From contig NIVC01002170.1 in assembly GCA_002269645.1 (NCBI GenBank), positions 1 through 64,000 on the forward strand: a stretch of 64,000 nt of DNA, given 5' to 3'. The stretch is from Macrostomum lignano (Eukaryota). A model generated the notes under the pieces. It saw only the letters and a list, made by a program, of their open reading frames with translations, did no database searches and was not told where the DNA came from. This document shows, one piece after another, positions 56,419-64,000 of the stretch. A program made the translations under genes and the position numbers. The stretch's first letter is position 1; each line of letters starts with the position of its first letter.

Positions 56419-58130
56419 GGGGATGTCAACTTAAGCACCAGAATGGAGCCCGAAGTTCAGCTCCGGACCAAACCGACTGCAATCGATAACTTGTCGGCCT
56501 AGACGACTAGAATCGCCGAGACATCCCATCCGGCTCCCTTCCTTGGGGTCCCAGGGGATAAAGGGGATAAAATGGGGATCTCATGTCAACTTAAGGCTCT
56601 GGAATGGAGCCCGAAGTTCAGCTCCGGACCAAACCGACTGCAATCGATAACTTGTCGGCCCAGACGACTAGAATCGCCGAGACATCCCATCCGGCTCCCT
56701 TCCTTGGGGTCCCAGGGGATAAAGGGGATAAAATGGGGATCTCATGTCAACTTAAGGCTCTGGAATGGAGCCCGAAGTTCAGCTGCGGACCAAACCGACT
56801 GCAATCGATAACTTGTCGGCCCAGACGACTAGAATCGCCGAGACATCCCATCCGGCTCCCTTCCTTGGGGTCCCAGGGGATAAAGGGGATAAAATGGGGA
56901 TCTCATGTCAACTTAAGCACCAGAATGGAGCCCGAAGTTCAGCTCCGGACCAAACCGACTGCAATCGATAACTTGTCGGCCTAGACGACTAGAATCGCCG
57001 AGACATCCCATCCGGCTCCCTTCCTTGGGGTCCCAGGGGATAAAGGGGATAAAATGGGGATCTCATGTCAACTTAAGGCTCTGGAATGGAGCCCGAAGTT
57101 CAGCTCCGGACCAAACCGACTGCAATCGATAACTTGTCGGCCCAGACGACTAGAATCGCCGAGACATCCCATCCGGCTCCCTTCCTTGGGGTCCCAGGGG
57201 ATAAAGGAGATAAAATGGGGATCTCATGTCAACTTAAGGCTCTGGAATGGAGCCCGAAGTTCAGCTGCGGACCAAACCGACTGCAATCGATAACTTGTCG
57301 GCCCAGACGACTAGAATCGCCGAGACATCCCATCCGGCTCCCTTCCTTGGGGTCCCAGGGGATAAAGGGGATAAAATGGGGATCTCATGTCAACTTAAGC
57401 ACCAGAATGGAGCCCGAAGTTCAGCTCCGGACCAAACCGACTGCAATCGATAACTTGTCGGCCTAGACGACTAGAATCGCCGAGACATCCCATCCGGCTC
57501 CCTTCCTTGGGGTCCCAGGGGATAAAGGGGATAAAATGGGGATCTCATGTCAACTTAAGGCTCTGGAATGGAGCCCGAAGTTCAGCTGCGGACCAAACCG
57601 ACTGCAATCGATAACTTGTCGGCCCAGACGACTAGAATCGCCGAGACATCCCATCCGGCTCCCTTCCTTGGGGTCCCAGGGGATAAAGGGGATAAAATGG
57701 GGATCTCATGTCAACTTAAGGCTCTGGAATGGAGCCCGAAGTTCAGCTCCGGACCAAACCGACTGCAATCGATAACTTGTCGGCCCAGACGACTAGAATC
57801 GCCGAGACATCCCATCCGGCTCCCTTCCTTGGGGTCCCAGGGGATAAAGGGGATAAAATGGGGATCTCATGTCAACTTAAGGCTCTGGAATGGAGCCCGA
57901 AGTTCAGCTGCGGACCAAACCGACTGCAATCGATAACTTGTCGGCCCAGACGACTAGAATCGCCGAGACATCCCATCCGGCTCCCTTCCTTGGGGTCCCA
58001 GGGGATAAAGGAGATAAAATGGGGATCTCATGTCAACTTAAGGCTCTGGAATGGAGCCCGAAGTTCAGCTGCGGACCAAACCGACTGCAATCGATAACTT
58101 GTCGGCCCAGACGACTAGAATCGCAGAGAC
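56419..58130. repeat. 160/161-bp tandem repeat (~10.6 copies) forming the left end of the transposon
   Basis: The unit starts gtcaacttaag and ends ataaaatggggatctcat. Three variants recur with a 482-bp period (ORFs at 56572, 57054, 57536). Confidence 0.98.
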
Positions 58131-59428
58131 ATCCGCTGTGCCACTATGTTCCGCTATGTGCTGCTTTGCTGCCATTAAGCAGGACTAATATGTTAACGAG
58201 AGGTACAAACCGTATCAGTGGCTGCCGTCAGCCGGCTTCAGTGAGCCCAGCCGATTAGACGTTGTTATCGAGACCTCGATGGCAAAGTACAACCGGGCGC
58301 ATCCAGGTTTTGAATCATTTAAACAGCTTCCACCGTCATGGACAGGGCTATTGTTGTTCGAATTCGGTCAGAATTTCATGCGCCGAGTGTTCTTGTCCAA
58401 CGAACTGGACGAAATTGAGCAGCTGCACTTCAACTGTGATCTGAAGCGTGTTCCCCTGCTAACACAAGGGCATGGATTGCTGTCAACCCGCTGGATCCAA
58501 AAAGCTCGGGGTTCCCCCAATTCACACAGAGAATTTGTCAGAGGTTTCGGTGGGTCCGTATCAACTAAATCAAGCCGATGATTACATTCAAAACATTCGT
58601 GTCAAGGAGGTTCTCGGTAGCTACGAAGGTGACTCCTGGAGAGACTTTGAGTCGCTCACATCCGAACTTCCGAGCCACCTGAAGTGTTGGAAGTTTCGGC
58701 AAGAGACGCCGCTAGAAAACTGGAGCAACCTATTCGGTCGGTGGCATCCGTCTTGATTTTTCTAGCTGTCGTTTTCTCGCGCCATACTCGTAATTCGAAA
58801 TCCTACCGCGTGATTCTTAGAGTGTGTGACAGCAGCAGACAATCGCTTTGGTTTTAGAGATCCAGGATTGCAACTTCTTCATGGCTACTACTCATCAGCA
58901 AAAGCTGGAAGTAGGACTGCAGGCCGCCATTGTCATGTAATGGCAGTGCTCAAACTCCTGGGCTGCTACGCTTACCACCAAGATAGCTATCGAAGGTCTG
59001 GTGCCAGCCTTCGCTTTGTTGATTCCGCTCTTCCACGCAGCCTTGTTGCCAGACTTTATGCCAGAGAAAATGCTTTACCACAGCAGCGGAAGCCTACTGA
59101 GCAACAGTCTAGCGGCCAGCAAGAGGAGTTTCAGTCAGCCCAAGGAAGGGAGCCGGATGGGATGTCTCGGCGATTCTAGTCGTCTGGGCCGACAAGTTAT
59201 CGATTGCAGTCGGTTTGGTCCGCAGCTGAACTTCGGGCTCCATTCCAGAGCCTTAAGTTGGCATGAGATCCCCATTTTATCCCCTTTATCCCCTGGGACC
59301 CCAAGGAAGGGAGCCGGATGGGATGTCTCGGCGATTCTAGTCGTCTGGGCCGACAAGTTATCGATTGCAGTCGGTTTGGTCCGGAGCTGAACTTCGGGCT
59401 CCATTCTGGTGCTTAAGTTGACATCCCC
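56419..59428 (+). mobile_element. Non-autonomous DNA transposon with long TIRs, flanked AAA|...|TTT with no TSD (Spy/PHIS-like); degraded coding remnant with a SWIM-like motif
   Basis: Left end aaa|ggggatgtcaacttaagcaccagaatggagcc and right end ggctccattctggtgcttaagttgacatcccc|ttt; the inverted copy 59139-59428 is ~290 bp. The interior 58130-59138 holds broken ORFs including GVPPIHTENLSEVSVGPYQLNQADDYI and GYYSSAKAGSRTAGRHCHVMAVLKLLG (decayed CxC...CxH SWIM finger). Confidence 0.8.
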
Positions 59429-59544
59429 TTTTGAAATTTGCACGAACTATACGAGGCCGTATATAATAGACCCTCATATAGTGGTAAGTGGTTCCAGTTT
59501 TGCCTGTTCAAAATGTATTCTTAGTCTTATTATTAAGGCTTAAA

Positions 59545-59672
59545 GTCATGGCAGATACCAGCAGATACTGGTAGATACCATGCAGTAGATATGGCAGATA
59601 CATGGCAGATACCAGCAGAGACCAGCAGAGACCAGCAGAGACCAGCAGATACCAGCAGATACCAGCAGAGCC
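59545..59672. repeat. 10-bp minisatellite
   Basis: accagcagag / accagcagat units. Confidence 0.9.
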
Positions 59673-60160
59673 ATTGTAATGTCGCTGTGCAGAATTGCAA
59701 AAATGACTAAGCTGAGTAGCACCACCCTCAGAATGCTGTACAGGGCATACGGAGAAAGCGCTCTCACCTATGGAGCGCCAATCCTGAGCCAAATTTGTGC
59801 GACTAACCAAATCAAATTGCAGAAAATTCAAAACCTGGCTCTCCGTATCTGCTATGGTGTGCCATCCTACATCAGCATCGAATACCTGCACAAGCTGGCA
59901 GGTATGCCGATGCTCGCAGACAGGGTCAAGCAGCTGGGGGTGGCTTGGCTGCTCTAGATGAGGGCAGCCAAGCTCCACAGCTTCCACATTGAGCCGGAAG
60001 CCCCTCGGGCTCCGGGCCGAACCCCCGTCCTCAATGTCCTCTGGGATGCCATGAGGCGTCGGGATAGAAACAGGGGATTCCCACCCCAGGGTTAGGCTGG
60101 CCACCAGCCTCCCAAACCGGAAGTGACCACGCTCTGAAACGCAATTAATAAAACTAAACT
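59673..60160 (+). mobile_element. 5'-truncated non-LTR retrotransposon (ORF2 post-RT region and 3' end)
   Basis: TLRMLYRAYGESALTYGAPILSQICATNQIKLQKIQNLALRICYGVPSYISIEYLHKLAGMP matches the LY...L.YG...LQ..QN.ALR.I.G.P.Y...LH pattern of Jockey/I-type LINE ORF2. An in-frame stop at 59957 and aataaa near 60147 follow. Confidence 0.8.
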
Positions 60161-61018
60161 TGCTGCCTGAGACAGAGATCGGCTGATCTGATCAGACACT
60201 AGGACTGATTAGGTAATCTCAAGTCTCCCTGCGCTCGTTTTTTTATACTGCTCAAACTGTGTTTTTATCCAACTGCTTTTACAAATATTCCTAATCGCTA
60301 TTTTACACCTTTACTGCTAAATTCAAATATGCGCTATTGCATCTTTAATCTCTATTTTTTACTTTAATGTCTTGCTTTTATTCTCAATAGGCCTTCAAAT
60401 ATCTAGCACGTATTTTTTAGATGTCCTGTTTTTATTAGATCCCTTCTTTGTGCGGGATTTCCCTCCCCTCTTTTTTATCCCCAAATGCGTGCAAAATAGT
60501 GCAAAATATTGAAAAATTAGTTTTATATATGTATTTTTATTTCAATATTCGTATAAATATTCAAATCGAAATCTGTAAATATTTTTAATTTTTTCGATCA
60601 AATACAAAATATAACTGCGGCAGAGTTCTTCGGAACGGAACTGACCCGCGCCGGTTTCGACGGCACTTCGTTTTAACAACAAGGCCTAAAGTCGCATCGC
60701 GACGCAAAAATTTGTGAAATGGAGAATCTATACTAGCTTCACATAACCCTATTGTAAGTTACATTTATTAAATCTATTAGTAGAAGAACATTAAAAAAAT
60801 TAAGCAAAGTTTTGATTCACTGAGCAAGGAAAAATTTCAAAGAATAATTTTCCAAGAAACTAAATATTTTATACAAACTTTGCGGCAGATTGCGATATAA
60901 CTAACTACAAGTAGTGAAAAACTAAAAGTTATAGAACTAACAGACTAGCTATTAGCTAGTAAGGAGGCATCTAAGAAAACTAATTGACAAAGAAATCAAA
61001 TTTCTATAATTCGCTCTT

Positions 61019-61081
61019 ATGGATCTCTTAAAACAAGAAATACTACAACGCAAAAGAAAGCTCGAGGAGCTTAAAGTTCTG
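61019..61081 (+). CDS. PRPF18: Probable first coding exon of pre-mRNA splicing factor 18 (gene continues beyond the window)
   Basis: MDLLKQEILQRKRKLEELKVL followed by a strong donor ctg|gtaaga. It resembles the PRPF18 N-terminus as I recall it ([21 protein letters not shown]). No further exon was recognised before 64000. Confidence 0.55.
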
Positions 61082-61454
61082 GTAAGATATATTTATTTTC
61101 TTTTTTAAATGTAATGTTTGTATTTCTATTTTAATCAATATCTCAGCTTGCATCGCTGCCAAATTTTGTTTCAAAGTCATGCACAACAGTGCTGCTAGGG
61201 ACTCAGGGATCCTCTGATATAGACATAATACCTTTTGTTGCTTTTTGTAAGCCTAACTCTATCTCTACTCTATGGAACAACATAGTCAGACCAAATAAGT
61301 AAGCACCACTTCTTGATAAATTAAAGGGTAAAAAATGCACAAAAGTTTGTTAATAAATGAAAGATCAGATCTTCCACTTTTTAACAACTAAATTTTTTAA
61401 TTCTTTTTTTACTAAATTAATTTTTTTACTAAGAGCCATATTGCGGATTGTGTT

Positions 61455-63060
61455 ACATGTATGCCAGAAAGTATTTGGCTATCTAGTAAAGTGTATGCTA
61501 GTAAATTAAACCAATTAATTGTTCTAGTAAATTGTATGCCACTAAAAATTGTGTGATTAACAAGCACATAACCAATCAAACAAGCATTAAATGGCAAATA
61601 ATAATTGTGCTGCAGAAAAACAAAATGTACATCATTTAAAAATGGAAATAATTAGTAAAACAAAAAAGTATACTTTTTATTAGTAACTATGGAAAAGCTA
61701 ATTATATTATTTTTAAAAATAATTTATTGTCAATAAATTTAAAATTAACCTTATTACTGCATACAATTGTTTAGCGTAATTTATGCAATTATGACACATA
61801 TTTCAATGCTTTTGTATACTGTGCCATAAGCTTCAACAAATGTAGTTTAGAATTGTACGCCAATGATTGTGCCAGAAAGTTGTCTTTCCTCTTTGCATTT
61901 GTACGCCAGATATACACCAGTTAAAAGCATTTATTCTGGCATATACTATACATTTCGCAATATGGACTAAGAGTAACACTTAATCTTAAAGTGTGGCTGC
62001 AATTATATATGTAAGTACTGAAAAATAAATAACTTTTTTGATATACATTGGCTATACTTTGTCATAAGTTAAACATTAGCCTTACTAAAGCCAGGGGTAT
62101 GGAAGCAGCAAGCCCTCCACTAGCTTTACTAAAGCCAGTGACATTTGTAGTGACATTCCCTACTTAACAAGGCAACAAATAAACTAAATATAGTCCAATA
62201 AGTTTCTTAGTTATTAATATTTAGGATAAATACATAAACAATATTTAACACAATACCCATTGTCCCATGTTGAAGACAATAAAGAAGGCTAGTGGGGGGA
62301 CTAGCCACCCCTATACTCCTGGCTTTAGTAAGGCTAGTGGGGAGGCTTGCCACCCCTATACCCTTGGCTTTGTAAGGCTATATAATGTTAACTCATAACA
62401 AAGCGTAGCTAGTATATATCAAAAAAATTATTTCTTTTTCAGTAGCTACATATATAATTGCAGCTGCACTTTAAGATTTAGTGTTTCTCTTAAAAATTTA
62501 TTTAAATTTTTTTTAATTTAAAATAAAAAAACTGCAACAACTTGGAATTTTAAACTTTTTACGCAATCACAAGGCAATTAACATATCCACAAAGCCACAA
62601 TTTACTTATGAGAGATCCCTACAGAACACACACATTTTATATAAATGATTATATACATGGCAGCTATGCCTATAAGCTCCAATATTATAAACAGGGATAC
62701 CCACCATGTCTCTAAATGTGAATCCATTCAATATTAACAAGTTTCATTGACATGGCAGCTACATCTCTAATAGTGACTAGGTCTATACTTATAGACATAT
62801 CCCTAGTCACTATTAAAGACATGGCCACTGTCTATAAGTTTCTGCATTATAGACACAGCCACTGTGTCTCTAAGTCTAGTGTAAAAATCTATACTATAGG
62901 TGAAAATAGAGATACTGCACTTACTGCTTGTTGCATTAGTTGTGTGCTTTTTAATCACGCAATATTTAGTGGCATACAATTTACTAGAATACTTGATTTG
63001 TATAATTTATTGGCACACATTGTATTAAATAGCCAAATACTTTCCAGCGTACATGTACCA
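61455..63060. repeat. Nested imperfect inverted repeats in the putative PRPF18 intron
   Basis: Outer pair ~61455-61590 / ~62925-63060 (opposite-strand ORFs share NHxIFSGIQFTR...NLLAx...SQILS). Inner pair ~61965-62155 / ~62320-62490 (ttaaagtgtggctgcaattatatatgta versus tacatatataattgcagctgcactttaa). Confidence 0.75.
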
Positions 63061-64000
63061 TATCTATAATACGGGACAAAGTGACTATTTAGCAAGGGTA
63101 GTGGTATTTGCTATTGACGAAGTGACCAGGTTTAGAAGTTTTACTGATTGGTCAGTTGACAAAATGACCAAGATCAATGGCTTACCACTTACCAGTTGTC
63201 AAAATGAAACAAATTTAGAATTACATTTACTCAATTGCAAATGCACTAAGCATTATTTCAAAAGTCTTCATATGTAAATTTTAATGTTAATATTTACTAA
63301 CAAATTGTTTAGCTATTTTTTTATTTCCTTTAATTTCTTTAAAAAATACCATTTCCTTTGCTGTAATTTATTGTAATTCAAGTATAAATTCAAATGTATG
63401 TATGTATTAGTGCAATTTGAAATTAATTAATAGCTGTTTCACTGCAGTGGTTCATTCATGATGTGAGAGTAAGAGTTGATTTAATAGAACAATTCTTGGC
63501 ATAGATACAGCCATGAACATATCATATGTACAAGTGTACACAATACTGCATTGCATAATATATGTATATGTACAGTTGACAAATGCACAGTTGACAAAGT
63601 GACCACCATTTTAAAGTGTTGCAATTGTCAATTGATGAAGTGGCCACTTTTTGAGATTCACTGATTGGCCAGTTGATGAAGTGACCTGAGAGCAATGGCT
63701 CCCCAGTTGACGAAATGCCAGTTGACAATTTGACTAGGATCCTTTTGATATAGGGCCTAGCCCAAAGGCAAGATTTAGAACAAGTCAAGAGTCGAGTACT
63801 TGTGCAAGTGTTATGGCCCATAAATGAAGGGAAAGAATTAGGGATAGTTGTGCTCTAAGGGAAAGGAAAAGAGATTAGAGGCATAACAATTGAGCATTAA
63901 GAATCAAGTTAATAAAATATAAATTTTGGGATATTGATTTCCACAAACTTGGAAGGATAGGGTTGGCATTTGGTCTAAATAAGAGCATTTTACTGGAAAA

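Noticed and set aside
56572-58258. Repeated 68-126 aa ORFs (MEPEVQLRTKPTAIDNLSA...)
   Set aside because: Translations of the 161-bp terminal repeat, also present inverted at 59139-59428.

Overview
Animal (eukaryotic) genomic DNA with spliceosomal introns; there is no prokaryotic organisation and no CRISPR array. AT-rich intergenic DNA alternates with GC-richer exons, and introns as short as 39-115 nt occur beside introns inflated by satellites. A flatworm-like host is a guess only. I assembled four spliced genes by hand: ribose-5-phosphate isomerase A (+, 8703-12555), an NPDC1/cab-1 homologue (-, 19044-24663), a DUF4773-like membrane protein (+, 37085-41866) and a divergent DEF8-like C1 + Rubicon-homology protein (-, 48297-55379). 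A probable first coding exon of PRPF18 lies at 61019-61081. About half of the window is tandem repeat (about 20 distinct arrays with 4-161 bp units), and almost every ORF in the supplied track is a repeat artefact. Transposons with readable ends are: a ~3 kb element with long TIRs sitting between AAA and TTT with no TSD (Spy-like), whose left end has grown into a 161-bp satellite; a 948-bp P-superfamily deletion derivative encoding a frameshifted THAP domain (8-bp TSD); four hAT-type MITEs (three with exact 8-bp TSDs), one inflated by an internal satellite; and two LINE remnants. The most notable theme is satellites arising inside transposons and filling introns of apparently intact genes. All coordinates were counted by eye; repeat boundaries are approximate.
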